Assembly (NCBI GenBank): GCA_030390025.1
Contig: CM059432.1
Span: 85,996,001-86,060,000 of the forward strand
DNA: 64,000 bases
Source: Squalus acanthias
Lineage: Eukaryota
Direction of reading: 5' to 3'
In this document: piece by piece, positions 1 to 13,279 of the stretch
How positions within the stretch are numbered: position 1 is the first letter of the stretch
Layout: each line of letters starts with the position of its first letter
Position numbers and translations under genes: made by a program
The notes under the pieces: generated by a model
Seen by the model: only the letters and a program-made list of their open reading frames with translations
Databases searched by the model: none
What the model was told of the DNA's origin: nothing

Positions 1-1003
1 GCTTGATGAGCTGTCATTGGTATTTACTTCAACATGAGGTGATCAGACGTCAAGAAATAAGACCAACTTAATTGAAAGGTGCTTTCATCTTGGAAATGAT
101 TACAACTTAGGCACAGACTACTTTTTTTTTTTAAAACCCTGACAATGATTGACCAACTATCTAAGCTTTCTGCAGATTAATATAAATTACGGATAGCTCC
201 TCTTGGTTAACATTTTAATATATGTGGGCATTTTCTTTTTTTTTTGCTTTTCAAGCAATGTTACAACAAAGATATGTAATCCAGGTTCTTATTTTTAACA
301 AATAATCACATTGATTAAGGTGAATAATGTCAGCGCTGTGAATGGAGCACTTGCACTTTAGAGCACCCAGTGTCAGCATCAGGAACCCCCCCAGGTCATG
401 TGCAAACAGCCAGATACAGAATAAAGCTCTGCCTCAAGAATGCACCTCGCCCTAAACCTCATCTGAAACTCTGTTGCATCAGTTTGAATTTTTCCACTTG
501 ATATACCACATGTTACTTATGCCTTTTTAAAAAAAAACTGGTAATTCCAAAATAACTACGTGTTTTCACGTGCCATAAACTTGTAATAAGGAGGGAAAAA
601 ACATCAGTACATGAAAGCCTGACTGGGGAAAATATAAATATTGAAAACCCAAAATTGGTGGTGCCTTTCCAGGGGGTCAGAGAGGCTTGCTGCTTGGAAA
701 ATGTTGCATTTTTACATTGAAAATTATGCATTCTAGTTGCTTTTAAGCACTTCTGTACTTAACTATCGATTTTAAAAAAAAATACACAATGACATTTGGA
801 TTTTCAACATAATCAATCAATAATTTCCCCAAAAGCTACCTCATCGGTTACCCTCCCACATCCAACCCATCCTCCCCCCGCACGCCCCCTCCCTCCCCCC
901 CCCCCCCCCCACCACTCTAGTTCACAGAGGCACTCTACCTGCTCCAGACCCAATTAACAAAGACGTCGTATTCCATCCAATTCCCCACCTTTTCAGAGAA
1001 ACT

Positions 1004-1688
1004 GGCCAGGATTTTGCGTCGATATGACGGCGTACTCTAAGCGCATGCGCTAAATCCCAAACTTGCGATCTGTCAAGTTCCGCACCAACATGGAAATCCT
1101 AATTGCTGGTGCAGAGTTGGGCTAGTTGCCCACCAACTGTCCAGCAATTACGCCTGAAAATGTTACAGCTGGTGAAACAAGCGCAGCAGCCTGTTTGCAC
1201 AGCTTAAGGGGATAACCTTTTGGAAATCCAAATATATATTTAATTTTAAAAGCTTAAACTACAAGCCAGTCTTTCAAACTTACCGTCAGCCCCCATCAGA
1301 GTACAAAATAACATTCCACTGTAGCCTGGCGTATAACTTCGATTTTTATTTTTGGATGTGAATATAGAAAATTGCTGGATTTTACTTGAATGTTGCAAGC
1401 ATTTACATATAAGTCATTTCCCACGATAAAAATGTGGTTGGCTCGTGAGTGAGAGACTGGGGGTGAATGAGAGACCTTCTGCTTCCTGATTGGAGCGCTA
1501 GACCACTTGATCCCAGATACGCTTCTGCACACGGTGCGCCCCGGGATCCGTGGGCCACTACGCTGCCCTCTACTACGCAGCATCTGCCAGCAAGTTCTTG
1601 AAGGAGGGTCCCCATCAGGTAAGTGTGTATTTCGTTTGGATGCCGGTGGCGTAATCCTTAATTACGCCACGACCGCAAAATCCGGGCC
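1004..1688. mobile_element. Non-autonomous DNA transposon (Harbinger-like MITE)
   Basis: TIRs ggccaggattttgcg / cgcaaaatccgggcc; 3-bp TSD ACT at 1001-1003 and 1689-1691. Confidence 0.8.
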
Positions 1689-2123
1689 ACTATTTCTCCT
1701 CCAACTCTCCCAGTTTATACTGACCCTCTTCTCACCTACCCCAAATCAACCTGTCACTCCCTTGCCCTGTAATCCATTTTATGTTGATACTTACCCCCCC
1801 CCCCCCCCCCCAGTTCAAGCTGGAACTCTTTTTCCACGCCCCACATTTAATGCTGGCACTCTTCCCTCCTTCTCCGTAAATACTGGCATTCTAACTCCCA
1901 CCTCTGCACCCCTGAGAGGAGAGAAATTAGCCAGAGTTTGCTCTCCTGCACCAAACATTCAAAAATCAGCAGAACCTGATGAGTTACCATATGGCTGAGG
2001 TACCAGAGACTGCCAGCACCCAAGGAATAATAACGCAGCAAGACTTAGTATCGGCAGGGGAGAAAATGAAAAAGAAAACACAAACTTGTTAGCTAATTTC
2101 CATCCAATTTTTGTTAATTTCAG

Positions 2124-2387
2124 GTTGGGAGTGGAAAAACATCACTAGTGTCTGCCATATTAGGAGAAATGACAACTGTCTCTGGTCATGTGGTGTGGGC
2201 ATCAGCCAACCAGCCACTAGCATATTCTGCACAGACAGCATGGCTGAGAAATGCTTCTTTACAGGATAACATTGTGTTTGAAGAAAGCTTTGATGAAGAA
2301 CGTTTTCAGACTGTGATCGAGGCCTGTGCTCTTCAGTCTGATATCAACATTTTACCAGCTGGGCGGCTCACAGAAATTGGTGAAAAA
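2124..2387 (+). CDS. ABCC SUR-like exon: NBD1 Walker A to EIGEK
   Basis: tttcag|GTTGGG..GAAAAA|gtaagt; VGSGKTSLVSAILGEM...LAYSAQTAWLRNASLQDNI...LTEIGEK; 264 nt. Confidence 0.93.
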
Positions 2388-2748
2388 GTAAGTGCACTGA
2401 AGCAATAATTGCCTGTGCTTAACAGTCACATTTTATAAGTAACTTCCTATCAATTTTTGTTGGCGTAGAGTTAGAATTTTACATGTGACCTTAAAAAGTG
2501 GTCCAATAACAGGCTTCTTTTTATATAAAATTAATTTTAATTGAAAAATATCAAAAGTTTTTCATTTTGAAATAAATTGAAGGCCGTGGAGCAAAACATT
2601 TTTAGTGCCATTTAAACCAGCTAAAGTTTTGTCTTGCTTTGTGATTTCAGAATGAATAGTTGTAAGCATTAATAGGATAATGTATAACCTGGTGTGTACT
2701 ACAAGCCAATAATGCTTCAGTGGGTTAAGATGATATTTTAAACTGGTA

Positions 2749-3936
2749 CAGTAGTTCTCAAACTGGGGTCCGCGGAGACGTTCCAGCAGGTCCGCGAAAC
2801 AGTGACCAATTAGTCGTTGGAGAAGAGCTCTGAAAAATTACAGACTAAAAATGAACCAGTCAGGATCGGGGAGGAGGCGGGACCGGAGTGTTCACGTTCG
2901 GGTTCCTTCCAATTATCTCATTGGTATCTGTGGGAGGAGAGTGGAGGTTAGCTGGCTGGTAATGTGGCAAAGGGCGACTGAAAAATAGAAAAGTTTCGTC
3001 GTTAGTTGGTAAGTTTTAAAGTTCAACCAAGGGCGAGTCGCCATAGTATACTGCTAGTCTCCTGCTGGCTTCGTGTGATTTATTCATTACGCAAAGTTTT
3101 CCCGAACCAGTTGCGTAGAATAATCTTGGAACTTTAATGTCAGCGAGTTGAAACCGTTGCTGGGCCGAATCGATCCAAAATCCCGTTACCGCGGCAGCAC
3201 TGATCTGTGTGCCGGAAAGTTCTGGAAAAGTTGCGCAGTGGAGGGAGCAGGACTGTTGGAGACCCAGGGCCTGTAAAGTTGCCTGGCTGTTGTTTTTTTG
3301 GGGGGAGAGGAGAGGAGAATTCAGGTTCGCGTGTCACTGGCTTGAAACGGCAGAGTGCGGACTGGCTGAGAGCTGGAAATGCAAGGGCATATTCCTGACC
3401 CGCTGGGAACGCCCTGACCACGAAAAGAACAAGTTTGTTTGATGTGGATGTCAGTGGACGGGTGTGAAGCAGGCGATCCCAATTGCTCAAGCAGCTGTAT
3501 GTTTTGGGAGATTTTTTTCGTCTTGAATTCTTTTTAATTTCACTTCTTTAGCTCTTTAGCATTGAATTAAAATTCAGGCTTTTGCTAATTTCAAATTATA
3601 TTTTTAAAAAAAGGTTCATAAAAATTTGTAGATGAGCGTTAGTTTTTAGGACGGTACTTAAAATTAATGTAACAAGTAGGAAAGTGAACAGCAGGCGCAG
3701 CTTTAAATAAATTGTCAAACATCGCAGCGAGGATAGACAGATTCTACAAAGAGAAGCAGGTACACCCATCTCACTGATATCTGTAAGTAAATACCTGTTT
3801 TCTTAAAAGCATTGATACATGCAGCACTTTCATATTATAAGTATTATATAGTATTATAATTTAGATGGTGGGGGGTCCGTGATTACTAATCGATTTGAAA
3901 CGGGATCCTTCAGCCAAAAAAGTTTGAGAACCACTG
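2749..3936. mobile_element. Non-autonomous hAT (Charlie-like) element
   Basis: TIRs cagtagttctcaaact / agtttgagaaccactg; imperfect 8-bp TSD aactggta / aactagtc. Confidence 0.8.
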
Positions 3937-4996
3937 AACTAGTCGAGCTTCACTCTTGTGGTTTATCAATTGCAACTCAACCTTCTCTATGTCACTCCCT
4001 TTATAATTGTGTAATTCCCCTGCAATGAGTGAGATGGGATCACAGGCCAGGCTTTTGCAGTAAATTATGTGATTTAAACTGACATTTGATAATGTAATTT
4101 TAACTGCAGTGATGTTTGGTTTTGTTTCACTTCACATTAAGGGGAATTGCATATTATATGGCCTTTAATTTGAAATTTCACAGAAGCTTTTGAGAGGATG
4201 AAGAAATCAAATTGATAATGGAAAAACATTTCCCTATTTCTTTGTTAATTTTCACTTTCCCCATCCCATCTCCAAGATGCTGACTTCCCACTGATAACTG
4301 GCTCTTTGGTCACTGGTCATCCTCCAGTCCAGTGTCCCAAATGGCGGCTATTCATGTGTGAGCCGAGACAATGAGTGTAGGCAGGCTGTTTGGCCATTGT
4401 GCGGAAGGGAGGAGAGAGAGGGCTAATCACAGCCAAGCCAGATCTTTTCCTCACCTAAATTCCTTACACACACTTCAAAAGGGTTTGCTAGATAGCAATC
4501 AGGAGCAGAAATGCTAACCAATTTCCCCCACTCTAACTTGGAGGCACTGAGGCAAATTGTAGCACCCCCTAACCGCTATCCTAGTGAGATCGGCTAGTTC
4601 AACAGAGACTGGAGATCAAACTTGGGTCCGACCTGAGCTATAAGCTAAACTATTCACTGAATAAATTTTCTGAGCAATTAGCGCATCCCCTATTAGATTT
4701 AACATTTATTCCTTCACCCACACTACACAACATTTCTTTTCTGTGGTGATTAGAAGGTGACCTGGTTCCCTGTGCTTTGAAGCTAATGGCGGAGCAGCTC
4801 AAATCAGCCAGCAACTTGTGGCGATTTGCAATTCATCGGGTATCTCTTCCTCTCTACAAGTTGCTGGTCGATTTGCACATTAATAATGGTGTGTGTCATT
4901 CAGACATCGTTATATTTTCAGCAAAATCTGGCCCCATGTGTTTCAGTCTGCCCTGTGTTCTATTACTAAAAGCATTAATTTTGATTTTTTTTCCAG

Positions 4997-5058
4997 GGTA
5001 TTAATTTAAGTGGTGGCCAGAAACAACGTGTTAGTGTCGCACGGGCACTCTACTCAAG
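4997..5058 (+). CDS. ABCC SUR-like exon: NBD1 signature motif
   Basis: ttccag|GGT..TCAAG|gtatgg; GINLSGGQKQRVSVARALYS(R); 62 nt; absent from the ORF track. Confidence 0.95.
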
Positions 5059-5614
5059 GTATGGATACATTTTTGTAGTTTCTTGATTGTGGTGGAATTA
5101 ACGAACAGACTTAGCTGATATTTGATATAAGGGATGATTTCCCAGTTGTGCGCTTCCAGTGAGGAGCAGCACCTGTTCGGAAATAGTCGACCCACAGTGC
5201 CTGATTTTCCATCCACTCATTTAAATAGACAGAAAATTAGGGACGGTGGACTTGCGATTTCTGGACCGGTGCTCCCTATGAATGCCGCTCCTGATTAGGG
5301 AATCAGTTCTATAATCTAATCGAATTCCAATAAGGATATATATTACTGCACCAGTGCAAGTTGTCTAAAAAGTTCTGTCCTACGATTATTATGAAAAATA
5401 TTTCTAACAGTACATCTTGAAAGCTATTTATTTTGAGATGTTGAATTGGACTAAATTACTCAAACTTTTTTTCTCTCTGTGCCACTCACCATGTGACCCA
5501 TCAGTATTGATGTAATGGGCAGCAGAAACCGCATTTGTTTTTAAAAGATTTTTATAAGCATTTTTAAGTTTGAGAGAAATTTTCAGAAAATGACTAAAAC
5601 AGCATATTCCCAAA

Positions 5615-6015
5615 GCTTAAATAACAACAGAAAATGCTGGAAAAACTCAGCAGGCCAGGCAGCATCCGTGGAGAGAGAAACAGAGTTAACATTTCAGGTC
5701 TGGGACCCTTCATCAGAACTGGAAAAAGCTGGAGATGTAACAGATATTAAGCAGGTGCAGAGACGGGGGGGCGCGGGGGGGGTGGGGGTGGTCGGAGGGG
5801 AGGAAGGATTTGAAGGAATATACTGTGCTTTTGTAAGAGGCAGGAAAGATAAAATGTTGCAAATGGGAATGGCAAAATCATACAGCATGAAAAATGGGGG
5901 CAGGAGTTATAGTTTGAAATTGTTGAACTCAATGTTGAGGCCAGAAGGCTTTAAAGTGCCTAATCGAAAGATGAGGTGCTGTTCCTCGAGCTTACGTTGA
6001 GCTACATTGGAACAT
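5615..6015 (-). mobile_element. Penelope-like retroelement 3' fragment
   Basis: Minus strand encodes QRKLEEQHLIFRLGTLKPSGLNIEFNNF (end of GIY-YIG domain) followed by a hammerhead-containing terminal repeat; homologous to 60925-61472. Confidence 0.8.
5684..5720 (-). ncRNA. Minimal type I hammerhead ribozyme motif (Penelope)
   Basis: Reverse complement: agtt CTGATGA a gggtc cca gacct GAAA tgtt aact. Confidence 0.6.
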
Positions 6016-6609
6016 TTGCTATTGTATTCCTAAAGCTTGCTGGTTATCATCTAAGTATAATATAAAATTCCAAATATATTAGAAAATTTTTATTTTCTTA
6101 ATTTTCACAAGGGGGCTGCTTGTGAAAATGAAGAAATTGTTTTGTGCATAATTTGTTTTGACTTTGGTAAATCTATGGAACAAGCTGCTTTGAGAGATGG
6201 TAGAAGTAGAAAGTGTTGATTCATTCAAGTGCCAATTAGATAATTTCTTTCAGAAAATAATACTTTGTGATACAGTATATGAATGATTTATGATGACATA
6301 TGGTAAGTGTAGCATGCTTGGGAGGAACTAGTGACTTCTGAACTAGGATTCCCAAAGTTTTCTACAACTGGGGGTTTCCTTGCCTCACGTTCGGTTCTGT
6401 TGTAGACGAATTCATAAAGATTGAATGCCATGATTAGTTGATAACTCCATTATTGTTGTATCATGCGACTACCAGGATGGTAGAAGGCAAACCTTGGTTT
6501 TTTTCGACTAGCAATTCCTATGACCATTAAAAGTAATGATGACACTTGCATTTTTATGGTGCCTTTGCAACAAAATGCCTCATAGCACTTCACGCAAAGC
6601 ATTAAAAAT

Positions 6610-6995
6610 TCTCTTTAGAGCAGAGAAGGTTAAGGGCGATTTAATAGAGGTGTTCAAAATTTATGAAGGGTTTTGATGGAGTAGATTGGGAGAAACTGTT
6701 TCCAGTGGCAGAAGGGAACCAGAGGACACAGATTTAAGATAAGTGGCAAAAGAACCAGAAAGGAGATAAGGAATTTTTTTTTCTTTGCATCGAGTTGTTA
6801 TGATCTGGAATGCACTGCCTGAAAGGGTGGTGGAAATAACTTTCAAAAGGGAATTAAATAAGTAATGGAAAATGAAACATTTGCAAGGCTATGGGTAAAG
6901 AGCAGAGGAGTGGGACTAATTGGATAGCTCTTTCAGAGAGCCATCACAGACACGATGGGCTAAATGGCCTCCTTCCGTGCTATATAATTCTAGGA
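6610..6995 (+). mobile_element. CR1 LINE 3' fragment
   Basis: Degenerate RRLRGDLIEVFKI..GHRFKI..WNALP and CR1 3' UTR. Confidence 0.75.
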
Positions 6996-9060
6996 TTCTG
7001 TAGAGTTACTTTATAAAGTGCAGTGACTATTATGAAGTCAATTAGAGAAGATTTCATTGAATTAGATAAAATAGTCATATTTACACTACACGTGCAATGC
7101 TGTTTCACAGGACTGCTATTCTCTTTTATATAGCAATTAAGTATAGGATAATACAAAACTGTAACAGAGGAATTGAACTTCAAAAGGGAAATATTTATAG
7201 TTTCTTAGTGTTTCAATTCCATAGGGCATTTTGTATTGGAGCACAGTATGGAGTGTGGGTTTCTTTATATTGTATAGAAATACAGCAATAATTTGGTATA
7301 AAGCAGAAAATGCTGGAAATGCACAGCAGGTCATTAACATCTGTATAGAGAAAAGACAGGGTAGAGCCTCCATCAGAACTGGAGGAGCAAGCCTCTTTAT
7401 AAAACTGAAGAAAGAAAGCGGGAGGGGTAAGAGAACAACACGCAAAAGTGAAGAATCGGATATGCAGACTCCAATCAGTAGTCTGTGATAGGTGTTTTAC
7501 AAAGCTACAGAAAGGTGAAAATGTTTTGTATCGAAAGATTTATTATGCTTTGCCACATTCAATTTGCCATTTTTCTCATGGTAAGTGTGGCCATGACAGA
7601 CGTGATGGGCGTTCAGCTCCAACTTATGTACAGGTTTCATATGAGAATTTTATTTTACTGGCTAATACACGGGAATACAAAACTTAATGAATATTTCCCA
7701 CAATAATAACCAGCCAATCATCAACCTACCAAATATCTTGGTAAAAACTGTCCCCTCTAAGTACAATTTTAATGTTTTACTTTGGGGTCACTATAATGGA
7801 AGATGTAACCATGATTGGCAATCCTGTTGAGGTCCCCACCATCACAGAAGCCAGTCTTCAGCCAATTTGATTCACTCCACGTGATATCAAGAAACGGCTG
7901 AGCGCAGCAAAGGCTATGTGCCCCGACAACATCCCGGCTGTCGTGGTGAAGACTTGTGCTCCAGAACTAGCCGCGCCTCTAGTCAAGCTCTTCCGGTACA
8001 GCTACAACACTGGCATCTACCCAACAATGTGGAAAATTGCCCAGGTACGTCCTGTCCACAAAAAGCAGGACAAATCCAATCTGACCAATTACTGCCCCAC
8101 CAGTCTACTCTCAATCACCAGCAAAGTGATGGAAGGGGTTGTCGACAGTGCGATTAAGCGACACTTATTCACCAATAACCTGCTCACCAGTGCTCAATTT
8201 GGGTTCCGCCAGGACCACTCGGCTCCAGACCTCGTTCCATCCTTAGTCCAAACATGGACAAAAGAGCTGAATTCCAGAGCTGAGCTGAGAGTGACTGCCC
8301 TTGAAATCAAGGCAGCATTTGACCGAGTGTAGCACCAAGGAGCCCTAGTAAAATTGAAGTCAGTGGGAATTGGGGAAAACTCTCCACTGGCTGGAGTCAC
8401 ACCTAGCACAAAGGAAGATGGTTGTGGTTGTTGGGGGCTAATCAACTCCGCCCCAGGACATTGCTGCAGGAGTTCCTCAAGGCAGTGTCCTAGGCCGAAC
8501 CATCTTCAGCTGCTTCATCAATGACCTTCCCTCCATCATAAGGTTAGAAGTGGGGACGTTTGCTGATGATTGCAGTGTGTTCAGTTCCATTCGCAATTCC
8601 TCAGATAATGAAGCAGTCCGTGCCCGCATGCAGCAAGACCTGAACAACATTCAGGTTTGGGCTGATAAGTGGCAAGTAACATTCGCACCACACAACTGCT
8701 AGGCAATGACTATCTCCAACAAGAGAGAGTCTAACCACCGCCCCTTGATGTTCAACGGCATTACCATTGCCGAATCCCCCACTGTCAACATCCTGGAGGT
8801 CACCATTGACCAGAAACTTAACTGGACCAGCCACATAAACACTGTGGCTACAAGAGCTGGTCAGAGGCTGGGTATTCTGTGGCAAATGTCTCTCCTCCTG
8901 ACTCCCCAAAGTCTTTCCACCATCTACAAGGCACAAGTCAGGAGTGTGATGGAATACTCTCCACTTGCCTGGATGAGTGCAGCTCCAACAATACTCAAGA
9001 AGCTTGACGCCATCCAGGACAAAGCAGCCCGTTTGATTGACACCCCATCCACCACCTTAA

Positions 9061-10802
9061 CATAGAAATATAGAAAAATAGGAGCAGGAGTAGGCCATTC
9101 GGCCCTTCGAGTCTGCTCTGCCATTCAATATGATCATGGCTGATCCTCCACCTCAATACCATATTCCTGCTCTCTCCCCATACCCCTTGATGCCCTTTGT
9201 GTCTAGAAATCTATCGATTTCCTTCTTAAATATATTCGGTGACTTAGCCTCCACAGCCTTCTGTGGTAGAGAATTCCACAGGTTCACCACCCTCTGAGTG
9301 AAGACATTTGTCCTCATCTCAGTCCTAAATGTCCTACCCCGTATCCTGTGACCCCTCGTTCTAGACCCCCCAGCCAGGGGAAACATCCTCCCTGCATCCA
9401 GTCTGTCTAGCCCTGTCAGAATTTTATACGTTTCAATGAGATCCCCTCTCATTCTTCTAAACTCTAGTGAATACAGGCCTAGTCGACCCAATCTCTCCTC
9501 AGTCCTGCCATCCCAGGAATCAGTCTGGTGAACCTTCGCTGCACTCCCTCTATGGCAAGTATATCCTTTCTTAGGTAAGGAGAACAAAACTGCACACAGT
9601 ACTCCAGGTGTGGTTTCACCAAGGCCCTGTACAACTGTAGTAAGACATCCTTGCTCCTGTACTCAAATCCTCTTGCAATGAAGGTCAACATACCATTTGC
9701 CTTCCTAACTGCTTGCTGCACCTGCATGTTTGCTTTCAATGACTGGTGTACAAGGACACCCAGGTCCCTTTGTACATCAGCATTTCCCAATCTAGCACCA
9801 TTTAAATAATACTCTACCTTTCTGTTTTTCCTACCGAAGTGGATAACTTCACATTTATACTGCATCTGCCATGTATTTGCCCACTCACTCAACTTGTCTA
9901 AATTGCCATGAAGCCTCTTTCCATCCTCCTCACAACTCACAATCCCACCTAGTTTTGTGTCGTCAGCAAACTTGGAAATATTACATTTGGTTCCCTCATC
10001 CAAATCATTGATATATATTGTGAATAGCTGGGGCCCAAGCACTGATCCCTGCGGTACCCCACTAGTCACCGCCTGCCACCCCGAAAAAGACCCATTTATT
10101 CCTACTCTCTCTTTCCTGTCAGTTAACAAATTTTCAATCCATGCCAGTATATTGCCTCCAATCCCATGTGCTTTAATTTTGCACACTAACCTCTTATGTG
10201 GGACTTTATCAAAGGCCTTCTGAAAATCCAAATACACCACATCCACTGGTTCTCCCTTATCTATTCTACCAGTTACATCCTCAAAAACTCCAGTAGGCTT
10301 GTCAAATACGATTTCCCTTTCATAAATCCATGTTGACTTTGTCTAATCCCGTTGATATTTTCCTAAGTGTCCTGTTATCACATCCTTTATAATAGACTCT
10401 AGCACTTTCCCTACTACTGATGTTAGGCTAAAAAAGACCCATTTATTCCTACTCTCTCTTTCCTGTCAGTTAACCAATTTTCCCAACTACAGTTAACCAA
10501 TTGTAGTTCCTGGTTTTCTCTCTCCCTCCTTTTTTTAAATAATGGGGTTACATTTGCCACTCTGCAGGAACTGTTCCATAATCTATAGAATTTTGGAAGA
10601 TGACAACCAATGCATCCACTATTTCCATGGCTACCTCTTTTAGTACTCTGGGATGCAGATTATCAGGCCATGGGGTTTTATCAGCTTTCAGTCTCATTAA
10701 TTTCTCCAGCACTACTTTTTTACTAATACTAATTTCCTTTAATTCCTCCTTCTCACTGGACCCTTGGTTCCCTCGCATTTCTGGGAAGTTATTTGTGTCC
10801 TC
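9061..10802 (-). mobile_element. CR1 LINE (family A), 5'-truncated
   Basis: ORFs 9479-10246, 9153-9587 and 10548-10811 carry YLDFQKAFDKVPH, VPQGSVLGP, FADDTKL; ttctat-type tail at 9061. Confidence 0.92.
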
Positions 10803-11004
10803 TTTAAACATTCACTCCCTCCACCACTGGTACACTGTGGCTGCAGTGTATACCATCTACAAGATGCACTGCAGCAACTCGCCAAGGCTTCTTCGACAGC
10901 AACTCCCAAACCTGCGACCTTTACCACCTAGAAGGACAAGGGCAGCAGGCGCATGGGAACGCCATCACATCCAACTTCCCCTCCATCCTGACTTGGAAAT
11001 ATAT

Positions 11005-11164
11005 GAGAAGTCGCACAACACCAGGTTATAGTCCAACAGATTTATTTAAAATTACAAGCTTTCCGAAAGCTTGTAATTTTAAATAAATCTGTTGGACTAT
11101 AACCTGGTGTTGTGCGACTTCTCATTTTTGTCCACCCCAGTCCAACGCCGGCATCTCCACATCA
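11005..11164. mobile_element. Short Penelope-like terminal fragment forming a perfect palindrome
   Basis: 61-bp perfect inverted arms (11003-11125, centre 11064); TSD tggaaatatat at 10994-11004 and 11165-11175. Confidence 0.7.
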
Positions 11165-11587
11165 TGGAAATATATTGCCATTCCTTCATTGGCGTTGGGT
11201 CAAAATCCTGGAACTTCCCCCCCTTAACAACACTGTGGGAGTACCTTCACCCCACAGACTGCAGCGGTTCAAGAAGGAGGCTCACCATCACCTTCTCGAG
11301 GGCAATTAGGGATGGGTAATAAATGCTGGCCTTGCCAGCGATGCCCACATCCCATGTACGAATTTTTAAAAAAATCAGACAAGATATTTTGCCAATATTG
11401 CTCAAGATTTCCTTTAAAATTTGAGCATACTTTCTGAACAACTTCTTTGATTCTAAGGGTGAAATGGTCAAAATTGTTTGATGACCCTTTTCTTTGGATT
11501 ACTACGTTGAAAGCTTTGGAACTTTAAATGTCTGACAGTGCCTGTAAAACACACTTATTGAATTATTCTGCCTTTTATCTTATTTAG

Positions 11588-11744
11588 GTGCTCTGTTGTA
11601 ATTCTGGATGATCCTTTATCAGCCCTGGATGTACATGTGGGAAGTCATGTCTTCCACCAAGGGATTATGGGGATTTTAAAGAAGGAAAACAGAACAACCA
11701 TCATTGTAACACACAAACTGGAATATATTGAGGAAGCTGACTAT
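11588..11744 (+). CDS. ABCC SUR-like exon: NBD1 Walker B, D-loop, H-loop
   Basis: atttag|G..GACTAT|gtacgt; CSVVILDDPLSALDVHVGSHVFHQGIMGILKKENRTTIIVTHKLEYIEEADY; phase matches neighbours. Confidence 0.95.
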
Positions 11745-12169
11745 GTACGTAAGATATTTTGATTAAATTACTGGAGTTTCCCTTTAAGACATCAACATAC
11801 TTTCTAGATGACTTCTTTGATTCCTGTGGGAAGAACATGTGGTGTTTTTGTAAGAAGCATTCAATGAATAAATTCCATCAGTGCTGTGGTGATTGATTCA
11901 CCTTCTCTCTCCTTCACCATTTCTCCGTGTCTAATTTCTGCTCAGCACTTTCTCAAGACCCAAGCTCATGAATTCCCACCCTCCTGCTCCATAGCGTATT
12001 GCTCTAATATATTGGTGTGCTGTGCCTTTGTGCTGACAGTATTAGCATAATTATTACTAAATATGGGCATAATTCTGCAACTCATCCCATATTAAAGGAA
12101 AGAGCAACCCTTTGGCTGGGTGAGTATTTCTATACCAAATATCCACCCAACCGTTTCTTTAATGTCAAT

Positions 12170-13270
12170 TAAAATCTTCAATATTTACCCTCCAATCCCC
12201 ATGCCAACTTCCTCCCTAAGTTGTCCTCCATTCTCTCTTCCCTCAGCACTTTGCAGTAAATGACTCCTCATCCTCAGTGATTTTGATCTTTACTTTAACA
12301 GCCATAATCCTCTCTCTTCTTGGCTGATTCCTCTTCCTCATTTATTTGCTGCCCTTGATAACATCATTTCTAGGTGTCAGCTTTCACCTGTACGCTGATG
12401 ACAAGCAGCTATCTATTAATTCTGCTACTCTCTCAATTGCTTTTCTGCTATCAGACAGCTTGTTCAACATCCATGATCCATGATGAATGATAACTTTCTC
12501 CAGCTCAACATTGGGAAGATCAAAGCCATTGTCATTGGCCTCTGGCACAAACTTCACTCCCTTGTTACTGATTCCATCCTCCTCCCTGACAACTGTCTCG
12601 GGCTTAACTGGGACTGTTCACAACCTTGATGTTTTCTTCAACATGCAGGTGACTTTCGGACTCCATTTTTTTATCCATCACAAAGACCAATTACTTCTAC
12701 CTCCATGACATTTCCCACCTCTGCCCCTATCTCAACTCCTTTGCTGATGAAAGCCTCATATATGTCATTGTCACTTCCAGACTTTACCACTCAAACAATT
12801 TCCTCAGTGGCCTCCCATCCTTCACTTTCCATAAACTACAACTTGTCCAAATCTCTGCCACACATACCCTATCATGCACTAAGTCCCACTCACCCATCAC
12901 CACATCCTTCTTATACTAAGAATGGACTCCCTGTTCCCCAAAATATCAAACTCAAAATCCTCATCCTCATCCTTAAATCTTTAAATCTTAAATCCTCGCT
13001 CTGCAATCTCCTCGAGCCCAATATCTTCTCTGAAGTCTCCATTGCTCTGACTCCAGACTTTTGTGCAGTCCTCCCTCACATCATCCCTCCATTGGTTGCA
13101 GAGCGTTCAGCTGCCTTGGCCATACTGTCTAGAATTCCCTCCTTAAATCTCTCCTCCCTCCTTTAAAAACATTCTGAAAACTTATCTCTTGACCAAGGTT
13201 TAAGTCACCCCTCCTAATCTGTCCTTTCCTCATTTAGTGTCTATACTTTTCACGGCTATCTATAACATGC
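12170..13270 (+). mobile_element. Old L2 LINE fragment
   Basis: Pyrimidine-rich; remnants FHLYADD..QL, LQLNIGK, FKNILKTYL; boundaries approximate. Confidence 0.7.
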
Positions 13271-13279
13271 CTTTAAGTT

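Larger units (their letters stand above)
7826..11372 (+). mobile_element. CR1/L2-group LINE (family B), 5'-truncated, interrupted by a CR1 and a Penelope insertion
   Basis: RT motifs (PDNIPA, QFGFR, AFDRV, VPQGSVLGP, FADD) with stops; resumes at about 10803; 3' end gggcaattagggatggg..A-rich tail. Confidence 0.85.

Noticed and set aside
1507..1998. 163-aa proline-rich ORF
   Set aside because: Spans a MITE end and a poly-C tract; no splice or homology support
2388..11587. Apparent loss of the NBD1 LSGGQ signature, suggesting a pseudogene
   Set aside because: The motif is in a 62-nt exon at 4997-5058 that the ORF track misses
11588..11620. Walker B VILDD lacking the catalytic glutamate
   Set aside because: Asp at this position is normal for NBD1 of ABCC proteins
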